Assembly (NCBI RefSeq): GCF_004010195.1
Contig: NC_057719.1
Location: forward strand, 60,089,410-60,123,515
Origin: Chiloscyllium plagiosum
Lineage: Eukaryota
Length of the DNA stretch: 34,106 nucleotides
Direction: 5' to 3'
The notes beneath the pieces are model-generated. The model made no database searches. It was not told the origin of the DNA and saw only the letters and a list, made by a program, of their open reading frames with translations. Below are positions 1 through 11,730 of the stretch, piece after piece. The stretch's first letter is position 1, and every line of letters starts with the position of its first letter. A program made the position numbers and the translations under genes.

Positions 1-457
1 AGGGGCAGTACAGAGAGATCTGGGTGTTCTTGTACACCAGTCAATGAAGGCAAGCATGCAGGTACAGCGGGTAGTGAAGAAGGCTAATAGCATGCTGGCA
101 TTCATAACAAGAGGAAATGAGTATAGAAGCTTTCTGCTGATGGGTGAGTGCCGAACCAGAGGACACAGCTTACAAATATGGGGTAGACCATTTAGGACAG
201 AGATGGGGAGAAACTTCTTCACCCAGAGAGTGTTGGCTGTGTGGAATGCTCTGCCCCAGAGGGCAGTGGGGGCCCAGTCTCTGGATTCATTTAAGAAAGA
301 GTTGGATAGAGCTCTCAAAGATAGTGGAATCAAGGGTTATGGAGATAAGGCAGGAAGAGGATACTGATTAGGAATGATCAGCCATGATCATATTGAATGG
401 CGGTGCAGGCTCAAAGGGCTGAATGGCCTACTCCTGCACCTATTGTCTATTGTCTAT
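1..457 (+). mobile_element. CR1-clade LINE 3' fragment with internal deletion; cut by window edge
   Basis: ORF 44-367 carries CR1 ORF2 C-terminal motifs (VVKKANSMLAFI; RTRGHSL; RNFFTQRV..VWNALP). 3' UTR ends GGGCTGAATGGCCTACTCCTGC followed by a (CTATTGT)n tail. The segment normally between ..EYRS and ..RTRGH is missing. Confidence 0.9.
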
Positions 458-459
458 CA

Positions 460-985
460 CTGTCCTGGCTCTTGTACTCTATGGCCTATTAATAATGCCA
501 AAAATATTATCCTTTATTAACCATTGTCTCCATCTGTCCTGCCTCCTTCAATGATCTGTACCCACATACAACGAGGTCTCTTTGTTCTTGTACCTCTTTA
601 GAATTTAATCCCCGATTTCATAATGTTGTTCTGACCAAAGTGCATCACCTCACACTTCTCTGCATTAAACTAATTTGTCACCTATCCACCAACTCCACTA
701 ACGTTAGTCATCTTTTTCAAATTCAATACTGTCATCCTCACAGTTTACAGTTCTTCCAAGTTTGAAATTGTCCCCTGTATACCAAGATGCAGATCATTAA
801 TAGATATGAGAAAAAGCCAAGAATCACAATACTGATTCCTGGGGAATTCCACACTACAAATCATTATCCAGCTAAAAAACATTAATTTACCACCATTCTC
901 CGTTTCCTATCACCCAGCCAATTATGGATCCATGTTGCTACTGTCCCTTTTATACCATGACCTATAACTTCCCTCACCAGTTGTG
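460..985 (-). mobile_element. Older degraded CR1-clade LINE RT fragment
   Basis: Plus strand shows reverse complements of CR1 RT motifs: TGCATCACCTCACACTTCTCTGCATTAAAC (FNAEKCEVMH) and AATACTGATTCCTGGGGAATTCC (GIPQESVL). Confidence 0.7.
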
Positions 986-2780
986 TGAACTGCAAAGTCC
1001 AATAAGACAGCTGAATTGGCTCAGCATCCAAACACGGGCATATATTTGTTTTAAGTATTAGAATTGAGTAGAACTATGAAAACTCCCAAGTTATCTGTGC
1101 AAACAAAACTTAGAAAGAGCTAAAAATTAAGCATTGTGTTTTGGAATTTTGAACACTGGAAAATGCAGGAACATGAAACTTGTTGTTGATGGGAATATTT
1201 CTTACATACATCTCTAAGATGAGCGGAGGGTTTATAATATTTAGATCAGAAGACTATTAAAAAGCACTTTAGCAGCAGAAACTCCTACTTTTGGTGAAGT
1301 GGCTGATTTGATTCTTTTCATAGCAAAATTACTGGAAGAAATTTTGGGATTCAGCAGCAAGACCCATTGAGTGCCATATTGATAATATGTAACTATACGA
1401 TAATGTACACACAATGAAATGAGTGAAAAAAAAGACTCAGAATCAATATTGCAGTTTTATAACAGATGCTGAACAATGGAGAAATCTCTAAACTGAAATG
1501 ATGGATAGCAGCAGCCAGCTGTCTGATTTTTCTACAAAGAAAGACACGAGCTCTAACAAACTGTTGGACATACTGGAAAAAGGACGGTTGGAGCTTTGTG
1601 CAAAGGGAATAAGGAATATGTTGTAATTTTGTATATTTTAATTTGTTTGTTTTTAATTAAGTATATATTGATTTATTTAAAATGATAAAAAGGAATCTGT
1701 TATCATTTACTAAGTTCTGAAGGGATGCCCGAGATCTAATACAATGAGGGAACAGGTGAAGAATAATTTAATTAAAGGTTAAATGGGTGTGAATTGGTTG
1801 TATAACTATAGCCCATAATTGGGTTTGCCTATAATAGGCTTTGTACGTAAATATTGAATTGGTTACACAGATGTTTTTGCAGGTGTGGACAGTCATTAAA
1901 AAGACAAAAGAAAAAGTAACAGTGATTTTGTGTGGTGGGAAGGTCACTCAGTTGTGTGTGATAACAGTTGTGTAAAAAGAGGAAAAAAAATCAGTTAGAT
2001 GTAGGTTTTATGGAGTGTTAGCTAAATGGAGCTCTCAACATAAGTGTGGACTTGGATTCTTTAAATAGTTATCTTCGAGAGTATAACACTGTTACGGTAA
2101 GGCCCAATTTGTGAGTGTTACAAATAAGGCTGTCACTTCATTTTTCTTTATTTAAGGAGAATTTACTGAAGAGACCAACTTATTGCTTGAATCATGTTTA
2201 ATGTTTTGTAAATACTTCCCCATTCTTGTGCCATGAGCTATTCCCTAGCAAACACCATGACTAATGAGTCCATTCTAGGTTCCAACCTATTTTGCTCAGT
2301 AAGTAGTTTATTTGCAGTTTAGTAAAACAATTTTAAATCAAACTATCCATCAGTTTACATCTCTTTTTCTGTGGTATGTCAGATTTCAATTTGGCATCTC
2401 TTACTCATTCAATCATAATGAAGAATTTACTGCTTTGTTGTCATGTGTTCCATCTCACTGCTCTTGGGCCAAATATAGGAGTATTGTAAATTACTATATA
2501 TTATGTCAAGTCATCAATTTTATTTAGCTGAAATAATTCAATAGATCATATAAATTTCAGTCTCTTTCACAGTTTGTATTTGTATGATCTTTAACCAAAC
2601 AAAGGACTATGAAGATTATTGAGGCCAAAAAAACAAAAGAGTGAAAACTGACATTAATCTTTATATGTTTATCATGACTGCCACTTCACAACTTGCTTTG
2701 CTTTGATTTATGGAAAATTTACTGGTGAAAGCATCTTATTGTTTAAATTATGTTTCATGTTTGGTAAATTCTCTCCTATT

Positions 2781-3007
2781 CTGAAAAATGTGTTGCTAGA
2801 AAAGCGCAGCAGGTCAGGCAGCAAAGGAGCAGGAGAATCGACGTTTCAGGCATAAGCCCTTCTTCAGGAATGAAGGGCTTCCTGAAGAAGGGCTTATGCC
2901 CAAAACGTCGATTCTCCTGTTCCGTTGATGCTGCCTGACCTGCTGCGCTTTTCCAGCAACACATTTTTCAGCTCTGATCTCCAGCATCTGCAGTCCTCAC
3001 TTTCTCC
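2781..3007. mobile_element. Penelope-like fold-back element, family A: inverted arms, 36-nt tail, hammerhead motif on both strands
   Basis: Arm 2781-2870 is the imperfect reverse complement of 2879-2971. Unpaired tail 2972-3007. Imperfect flanking duplication TCTCTCCTATTCTG (2770-2783) / TGTCCCCTATTCTG (3008-3021). Confidence 0.8.
2840..2867 (-). ncRNA. Minimal hammerhead ribozyme motif (Penelope type), core intact
   Basis: Minus strand reads CUGAAGA-A-GGGC-UUAU-GCCU-GAAA-CGUC: both core boxes, a 4-bp helix II with one GU pair, palindromic ACGU helix III and a UC site. Helix I pairing is weak and activity is not shown. Confidence 0.6.
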
Positions 3008-3224
3008 TGTCCCCTATTCTGGTATCATAATCCATAACTTAGTAAACAGGATGGCGAATGAACGGCTGCCAGGTTCTTGTTCATGTTGTTGTCATGATTA
3101 TATTGATAATATATATTTCCATAGCATTGGCTTTCCAATGTACATCGATGACCACCACTTTCTGACCATTGATAAACTACCAGGCTGTTTATCTTACATT
3201 TAGTACTGAAGGAGTTGAAATTTT

Positions 3225-3525
3225 GTCAAATTAAATGTTGGGAAGAATTAAGCCATTATTTTCTCCACTACTACCCCAACTCTCCCCCACAAAAAAAGAA
3301 AACATAACTCATTTGCCTGTCTACCAACTCCACGCCTCTGCCAGCAACAGTCTGACACGATACTAGTCTGTCAAAAAGTTAATATCATATTTGACCTTGA
3401 AGTGTGCTTACACTGAGACTGCCTCTTTGAAATTGCCCAACTTTGTTTCTATCTCAGCACTTACAATGCTGATGCCACATTTATTTCTTTGTGACTTTTA
3501 GGTTTGACTACTTCAATATCTCCCA
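3225..3525 (+). mobile_element. Ancient L2-like LINE RT remnant
   Basis: Decayed motifs QLNVGKN*AIIF, IFDLE and VTFRFDYFN in the order expected for L2 (LKLNxxKTE..., GVIFD..., VTSRLDYCN). Confidence 0.55.
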
Positions 3526-3989
3526 CATTATACTAATTATAAATGGTCTGAAACTTAATTTGCACCAACACCTGTCTACATATGACGCCTGTTTTGTGAG
3601 TCACTGCTGTTTACACCACACTTTGCAGAACTGTAGAAGACTATCTTACCTGTATAAATTCTTTATATTCGTAACAAGAGAAGTTAGTGCAATATATTTT
3701 GGAGAAACCACAAGATTACTTGCAAAACATTTCTATTCACTTTCAGAATTGCTTTACAATCTAATTGTCATGTAGCAATTTTCCAAATCTTATTAATATA
3801 ATACATGTTCTCAGCTTGAAAATAAATTGTCAACCTCTTTGGCCATTTTAAAAATATATACAAAGCTTTAAATAATTACGAACTCACCGTTGTGTGACTT
3901 TGGTAATTCAATTACTAGTTCACTGAATTGGGCAATAGTTTGGCAATATGTGGGTTGACATGGGTAAATACCAAACCATCAAATAATCC

Positions 3990-4165
3990 CAAGGTGGTTT
4001 CGCTTTCAGTCTCCATCTAAAGGCCGGTCCAACCCACAGTATCACAACCTCTCTCACAAGAAGGGAATGAAAACAAATCAAAAATCCACACCAGCCAGAA
4101 CAGGGTTGAAATTCTGTACTGCTGGTAGCAATCTGATCCACATAGCCATCAGCTAACTGATTCAA
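3990..4165 (-). mobile_element. Degraded tRNA-head SINE remnant
   Basis: Minus strand has TCAGTTAGCTG (A-box-like) and AATTTCAACCC (B-box-like), followed by a weak Deu-domain-like stretch. Confidence 0.4.
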
Positions 4166-4555
4166 GGAGTCCAAGTTGCTGCTGTAATGTACCATTTTAC
4201 ATGTATGATGCAGCCATTTCAAATTAATCAGCTTCCCAATGGGAGGGTTATGTTAAATTACCGCAACTGTATTAACCTTTTATAATTACAGCCATGGTGT
4301 AACATTTAGTAAAATCAGGAGACTTGGGGGCAGGGTAATGTAATTAAATTTGTTAAATGCAAAAATGACTTTCCAGCACGTGAGTAGTCTATATGAAAGA
4401 ACTGTAATATTTCTTAAGATTTTAAATACCAAATTAGACAAACATAAGATACAGTTTCTTCATGAAACTTTTAAATACTGAGCAACAAATATGTTTAAAA
4501 ACTATCCACATTTAGAAAAAGAAAATTTATATTCAGACAGAAGTAATTTTCTTAC

Positions 4556-4703
4556 CTGAGAACATAATTGACCCAGATGACATTTTTTTCAGTGGCATTT
4601 TTTGCATTGAATGCAATAGTGGCACTGGACTGGATCCAAATATAGCCTCCATTTTTCTGCAGCCAGCGATAGTACTTAGTTACACATTGGCCTTTATTCA
4701 ATA
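4556..4703 (-). CDS. npas3: NPAS3 internal coding exon, 148 nt (PAS-B/PAC motif); not in the ORF track
   Basis: Minus strand reads tgtttag|TA TTG AAT AAA GGC...GTT CTC AG|gtaag, giving (L)[48 protein letters not shown](S). In frame with the 107-nt exon. Confidence 0.96.
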
Positions 4704-4814
4704 CTAAACAAAAGAGATCAATTTCTATTAGGAAGAGCAGTAATGCAGAAGGGACAATTATAATTGGCTATATTACACAAAGATTGGCCCACATACTCTT
4801 TTATGTCACTGTCT

Positions 4815-4853
4815 TTCTAATGTATCTCTCATATATTCTAATGTATCTCTCAT
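4815..4853. repeat. Local direct duplication of TTCTAATGTATCTCTCAT (18 bp, period 21)
   Basis: Exact copies at 4815-4832 and 4836-4853. Confidence 0.9.
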
Positions 4854-6117
4854 GTTTAATTTGTAGATTATGATATATACAATAGCAAACTGGATTGAAT
4901 AATCATCACCTTTTTCTTACTATTTTTATTTGCAGGATAACATTGAACATTACACGTAACATTGAAAAGTCTTAACCACCAATAAAAGCCTAATGATTCT
5001 AGTTATCTGATTAAGTGTGGTAGGAATATCATTGATAAATATTTGTTCACTACTATTTGCTCCACAATCTGTGGAAACAAATATTATCACTTGTGCATTG
5101 CTACAAATATTAATATGGTAAGTATTACTGCATGCAAGAACTAATTACAATCGCTAATGGCTATTGCCATTTGTTTAAATATATTTAAACAACTGTTAAT
5201 ATGAAACTTTTAGAAGAATGTCACAATCAATTCTGACTCATCCATAACAGGTTTTCAATTACATAATAATTCTATTACAAAATTTGACCACATGGGGGTG
5301 CATTTTTCTTTTGAGACGAATCACTCCTGAAGGTCTGTGAAATATACAACTGCCATACTTCTGCTTAAATGAAGAAAGCCTAATTACAGTAATAAATCTG
5401 ATCACCTTAGCTGTGAAATGGTTTTGTCAACTGATACATATTTCCATTAATCATTTGCAACTATAAATTAGAAAAAGATGGAATATTTCAGAGCAACATA
5501 CATCATTTACCAGTATGTTCAATCTGTTTGTTTAATTGCAACTAATGAGTGTCAAATGTACAACCACTCTAGAAATTTTCTGCAAGGAAGCTGAAAAATC
5601 ATTTTCATCTTGGGTAATGATTTTCAAGAAAAAATGGGTTAATCCTCTAGTTTGTTTGTCAATAGATGTATTATCTGCTTAGGAAATACAGAATTTGCAT
5701 AAATGATATACAAATCTGTAGAAATAATTTAAATTCATATGACAGTGCATCTTGTAAAATGATAAATGTTTTAGAAAATGCACAGTTTCAGCAAGCTGAC
5801 CTTCGTGCAACCAGGCACGAAGATTACCTTTACTATTCTTGGTTACACTTTCTGACGATTAATCTTTCTGTAACGGAACTGCACTAACGCTGTATTTAGA
5901 TTAAGAGTTTAGGCAGCGAATGGATCCTTAAGTTTACTCTCATCGCACAAACAGTATTGAATCAAATATATACTACCTTAATCACCTAATTAGCAGAATT
6001 TAAACCAAGTGTCAGTGATTGTTGTGAATACTAATCTCTGCTAAAACTTAAAGCACTCCTCTTCACCATATCTTTTATTACAATAAACTGCTTCAGAACG
6101 TAGCTGGAAACAAAGCC

Positions 6118-6667
6118 TTATTGAGTCACTTTTGGAATATTGGGTGTGATTCTGGTCTCCTTCTTAATGGAAGGATGTTGGGAAATTTGAAAGAGTTCAG
6201 AAAAGATTTACAAGGATGTTGCCAGGGTTATAGGATTGTAGGAGAGGCTGAACTGGCTGGGGCTGATTTCCCTGGAGCGTTGGAGGCTGTGGGGTGACCT
6301 TATAGAGGTTTACAAAATCATGAGGGGCATGGATAGGATAAATACACAAGGTCTTTTCCGTGGGGTGGGAGCGTCTAGAACTTGAGGGCAGAGGTTTAGG
6401 CTAAGATGAGAAAGATATAAAAGAGATCTAAGGGGCAACTTTTTCATGCAGATGGTACGCGTATGGAATGAGCTGCCAGAGGAAGTAGTGGAGGCTGGTA
6501 AATTACAGCATTTAAAAGGCATCTGGTTGGTTATCTGAATAGTAAGACTTTAGAGGGATATGGGCCAAGTGCTGGAAAATGGGACAAGATTAATTTAGGA
6601 TATCTGGTTGGCATGGAAAAGTTGGACCGAGAGGTCTGTTTCCGTGCTGTATATCTCTGACTCTATG
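6118..6667 (+). mobile_element. CR1-clade (HER1-like) LINE 3' fragment
   Basis: Decayed LERVQKRFTRMLPG, LRGDLIEVYKIM and VWNELPEEVV motifs. 3' end GTTGGACCGAGAGGTCTGTTTCCGTGCTGTA plus CTCT(G/A) tail. Confidence 0.9.
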
Positions 6668-7599
6668 TCACATGATTGGTAAAGTGGTGAACAGAAATCA
6701 GAAAACTGACCTTTGGCTGCATTTAATTCAACAGCAAAGTGGCGAGTGTGAATACTGAACCAGGTTTTCATTAGCTGGATATTCCATTTACATATAGCTT
6801 TCATTTTGCTTTAGCAGTAGCACTGATTTTTTATCACAGAAAATTTTTAAGTTCAAATTTTGACTCTGACTGGCATTCAGCTTTGCTTTTCATATTCGAT
6901 GGATTCTAAGAGAATCTGCTGTATCAGCCATGGTACCTCACAGGTGTAGTCAATTTTGGGGGATTGTTGGAAGGAAAAAAAATGACTGGGAACAATCTTG
7001 ATTCTATTAGAAAATAGTTTTGCTTATTGTCATGTTAAGGATTTAACCAGCACTAGAAGAGATGTGCAGGAAGATACAATTGCAGAGTACCAAAAATTAC
7101 ATGTGGATGAGCACAAATTTACATGAGCAAGTATGTCTAGATTCACACAAGGATGAATTGACAGTAGATATTCTGTGCTTTTAACTTGCTTATCAAAGCA
7201 ACTTGTTGGATGAAGTTTTGATTGCTGATGCAATCTTCCATTTTCTGGATTGATCAATTAAGCAACCACTGAAATGTCTCCAAAATGATTTTTCCGTTTT
7301 TGTAATTCTCAAGTTGAACAAAGGCACTATTGTACTCAGTTGGCTGTCTGCCTAGCACAGTGATAAGGTGATGAAAGCTTTGAAACTGAAGAATACAAAG
7401 GACATATAGGAGGGTGGGAACAGGCGACAATCTTTTGGGTGGAGGTAATCCTGACAAAGCCAATACAGGCTTAAGTGAAACATTATCCAAGTCGCACAAG
7501 TGCTGTACAGTTACCTTGATCAGTGTTCTGATGAGGTTTCATTCATCGTCTTCTTTACCTCACTGTTTGACATTGACCTTCATAAACTTAGTAATATGA

Positions 7600-7821
7600 A
7601 AACAAAGAATTGTAGATGTTGTAAATCTGAAATACAAACACAAAGTTCTGGAGAAACTCAGGTCTGTCAGCATCTGTAGAGAGAAAAAACATTAATGTTT
7701 CGAGTTCCAGCGACCATTCGTGAGAACTTCTGACAAAGGGTCACTGGATTTGAAAGATTAACTCTATTTTTCTCTACAGATGTTGCCAAATTTGCTGAAT
7801 TTCTCCACAACTTTCTGTTTT
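7600..7821. mobile_element. Older Penelope-like fold-back element, family B, with decayed hammerhead
   Basis: Imperfect inverted arms (AAAGTTCTGGAGAAACTCAG..CATCTGTAGAGAGAAAAA versus TTTTTCTCTACAGATG..CTGAATTTCTCCACAACTTT). Centre CTGACAAAGGGTCACTGGATTTGAAAGATT. About 33-nt unpaired tail on the left. Confidence 0.7.
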
Positions 7822-7832
7822 CCCTTACAAAC

Positions 7833-8766
7833 TCAGTGCTTGATCCAGTCATGTTGTTTGTTATTTATTTAAGTTATTTGGATGAGAGTTTAGCAGGAAT
7901 GTTCAGTAAGTTTGCAGATTACTAAACATTGGTGGTATAGCAGACAGGAATGAAGGTTATCTAAAATTACAAATGGATCTTGATCAATGGGCCAATTGGC
8001 TGAGGTGTAGCTGATGGAGTTTAATTTGGATAAATGCAGGATATTACATTTTGGTAAAGCAACAGGGACAGGACTTACACAGTTAATGCTACGGCCCTGG
8101 GCCATGTTGTCAAACAGAGAGACCTAAGGGTTCATGTACATAGTGTATAAGGTGTTTAGCATGTTTGCATTCATTGCTCACACCATTGAGTATAGGAGAC
8201 AGGGTGCCATGCTGAAGTGGTATAGGATATCAATGAAGCCACCACGGTTTTGAAGACAGTTCTGCTTGCCCTGCTATAGAAAGGATATTAGTAAATTGGA
8301 GACAGTTCAGAAAAGTTTTACCAGGATGCTGTTGGACTAGAGGGTTTGAGGTATGAGGAGAGGCTGGACAGCCCTCTTTTTTTCCACTGTAGAGTAGGAG
8401 GTTGAGAGTGACAATATGGAGGTTTATAAAATCTTGAGGGCATAGATGAGGTAAATAGTCAGGGTCTTTTCTCTCTGGTGGGGGAGGTCAAAACTAGGGG
8501 AATATTTTTAAGGTGAGAGAAGAAAGATTTAAAACAGACTAAGGGGCAACATTTTTCACACAGAAGGTGGTTTGTATCTGGAATAAGCTGCCAGAGGAAG
8601 ATGTAGATGCAGGTACAGTTACAATGTTTAAAAAGCACTTTGACAGGTACATGAACAGGAAAGATTTAGAGGGATGTGGGACTAGATTAGTTTTGGGAAA
8701 CTTGTTCGGCATGGTTAAGTTGGACCAAAGGGTCTGTTTCTGTGCTGTATAAACTTTATGACTATA
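7833..8766 (+). mobile_element. CR1-clade LINE 3' fragment (RT FADD region to 3' tail)
   Basis: SKFAD motif, FNLDKCRILHFGK, IWNKLPEEDV. 3' end GGACCAAAGGGTCTGTTTCTGTGCTGTA. Confidence 0.9.
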
Positions 8767-9168
8767 CCAGATAATAGTGTTTTAACGCAAACTTTGCAGG
8801 TATCTGTATTTAGAATTCCTCCAGATTTTCTCAAAAACTTATATTTGAAATTTAAAAATGGATAAGAAATCTAGAGTGAAATATTATTTGATTCTAAAAC
8901 TCACAGTGTTATTATTTATTGGCCTGGTGTGAAATTATCAGCTTTCAGCATCATTACGCCTCTGAAATTGACAAAAACTTCTGGAGTTAAAAGTAGAAAT
9001 CCAAAGATGCTGCCAATCATTCCGTGCTTCTCAAAATTACTACTAAAATGTCCTAGAATATACTCAAATAGGAATCACTGAACTCACAGCAACTTCCACT
9101 TTTGCACTATTACTTTTGCTATTATTCTCACTGTTAAAAGTCTTTTAAGAAGTTACACCTCATTGAAA

Positions 9169-9292
9169 GAGTTAAAAATCACACAACACTGCAGTGCTCT
9201 GAAACCTTGTACTTCCAAATAAACATGTTGGACTACAAACTGGTGTTGTGTGATTTTTAACTTTGTTCACCCCTGTCCAACACCAACACCTC
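9169..9292. mobile_element. Tiny Penelope-like fold-back insertion, family C, with 13-bp TSD
   Basis: Perfect 20-bp inverted repeat at 9170-9189 / 9243-9262 and a 30-nt tail at 9263-9292. Direct repeat CACCTCATTGAAA at 9156-9168 and 9293-9305. Internal GCAGTGCTCTGAAA resembles the 3' half of a hammerhead. Confidence 0.7.
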
Positions 9293-11730
9293 CACCTCAT
9301 TGAAAAAGGGACTATAGGTTTTTAAAAGCATGCCAATTTTAGCAGTACTTCGGAACAACTTCTCTGATTCTGAAAACCTAATGTATGTTTGTGGGATTTT
9401 AAATTTTTCTGTTATGATAATAAATTCAATATAGTTTTTTCAACAATGTTAAAATGTGATTAAGGGAGAAACTGAAATGTCATTTGTATGTCCCAATCTT
9501 TATTTTCCTCTCTGAAAATAATTTAAAAAAATAAAATGAATGTTTTTAACTTCTTGATTTTCTACCTTTGAAAATCCTTTCATGTAAGCTGCTTTCTATT
9601 TTTTTAACAATACTAGATGCCAGGCGTTCCCATGACAGAGTGCTAGATTCAAATTAACCTACAACCTGTTTTGCAGTCATCGGTAAAATTGACCTCATTT
9701 TGCCGCAGACTGCAAAATCTAGTTAAAAGATGTTCTTTTATGATTCTACTCAAATTTTCAATTTGGATGTTGCATTAACTACAGCATTATTTCAGTATAA
9801 CTTTTAAAAATAAATTTGTTCTTTCACTTAATGATATGTCAAGATTTGACATTTTAAGCAATTACTGTACCAAATGACCAAAATAAACTATTGACTAAAT
9901 ACTATCATCTTTTGTAGGCAACTTGTACTTTACAGAAAATGTGAAGTCACCCATCATGTGATCCACAAAATTACAGTCCTTTTGACAAACAATTTTAACT
10001 TTCAGCGTGTTCCTATGTCCTCTTTTTGTTGAGTAGTAACTATGAGTGACCATTGTGTTTCTCAGTTCTTGGAAAATTAATTAAATCTAGTGTATTCTGA
10101 TGATCCTTCTTCTCTTTAGCTATTCCATGGCATATCACTTGGAATCCTTAGATGATTGTATGATGCATCCTTTCGATTAGAGACTGTCTCCCTTCCACAT
10201 CCAGCTGGAGTAGCTCTGCAAATTCAAGCAGCTTTTCTTTCCATTTTGCCCCCTGGATACTGCTATCTTTGATTTTCATTGATTTATATAGAAGTCTGTA
10301 ATACCATCACAAAAAATGCTTTTTCGGCTCTTTCCCATAATGACATACAGCACATTCACCTTTTGTTCAGATAGAAATACTAATTGCTTAATTTTAACTC
10401 TAAGCACTCTTTTCAACTTAGAAGTAAATGGCCAGTTTACAGCACAACTGTTTACAACCTGATACTTTTCTCAGTCTTTGGGAGACTCTAAGTCTAATCA
10501 TTGCAAACACAGAGACTGCTGCCATTGTCTCCAAATGTAAATAACAAGCAAGTTAAGCCTTCCTTTGATCACTAACAAAGTCATCTTTGTTTACAACAGG
10601 TAGATGGCAGAACAGGTCACATGATCCCTTTAGATATGCTACATTTAAATTTACTGTCCAAAAAAACCTTTTATCTCTCAATTGTTACATATTTAGTAAT
10701 GAATATTATTGGATTTTCATAATGTACTAGAAAACCTGTTGTAAACTTTTAAGTTATAATACCGCTTAATTTTCAGTGTTTTGTAAACACTTATGATTAT
10801 TAATATAACTGAGACTGGAAGAGTGCACTGTTCCTTTAATCCCACTACTCCTTGGGTAACAAACTCAAAGATGCTTCTCCCAGTTATCAAGGTGACTGAT
10901 TAAGTTCTTTATTGATATCAGGCTTTAAGCAAAAAAATCCACCAACTCAGTTTCTTTAAATAATTATGGATTTATATCAAATAAAGGTTATTCAATAAAT
11001 ATAGAATAATTGTTAACATACCTTGTCAGTAATATAGAAGAACAAATGCCCATCTCTCTCTAAATATCCCCAAAACACATATCTTCATGCTTCAGGAAAA
11101 GAGGGCAAAAAAACTCTCTGCAAAAAAACACTTTGGCCAATGGGTTATTCTTGGAGGCAAGAGGATATTATTCTGGAGTCTGTTGCTTTGATGATCTGGC
11201 ACGTGTGGTCAAATCACTAATCATGCATGGCTGTCTCTTGTAGACTGAAAACGTGCAAACACTTCTTTCTCAGGTAGTAAAAAGTTTGAGATTATTTTTC
11301 AATCACTCATTCAAAATAACAAATAGGTTTCACTCTGAGTTGCTGCAGGCAGTTCACTTTTTACATCTGGGAAAAATCAGTTGGACAGCTTGTTCATTAC
11401 AAGTGTTTCTCCAACTTCAACTCGTTCTGAGAAACTTTCTTCCAACTCTGCTTGCTTTTAGCAGGCTTTTTCCCAGCTTGGCTTGTTTTTAGTTGGCTAC
11501 TCTCCAACTAAGTCATATAAAACAAACAACTCTGCAAGCAAGCAACTATCGCCAGTCTATGATTTCTTAGAAGCCTTGGTTAAAAAAAATCTGCAGTTCC
11601 ACAGTGAATTTTCAATGACTTATTTTAAGTAAAGTGCTACAGGTAGGTCCACAGACTAGAAATACCTCTATTATTCACAATCCTTCAAAACTCAAGTCCT
11701 CCAAACTGTATTAAATACTAAGTGTTTTTG

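Noticed and set aside
1030..2230. Possible decayed Gypsy RNase H plus LTR
   Set aside because: Only faint motif echoes; no open frame or second LTR.
1..4555. Next npas3 exon (NPEYKDTPMD-like)
   Set aside because: No matching minus-strand sequence found by eye; presumably beyond the window start.
10800..11700. Solo-LTR-like texture (also 24440-25100)
   Set aside because: No demonstrable TG..CA ends or TSD.
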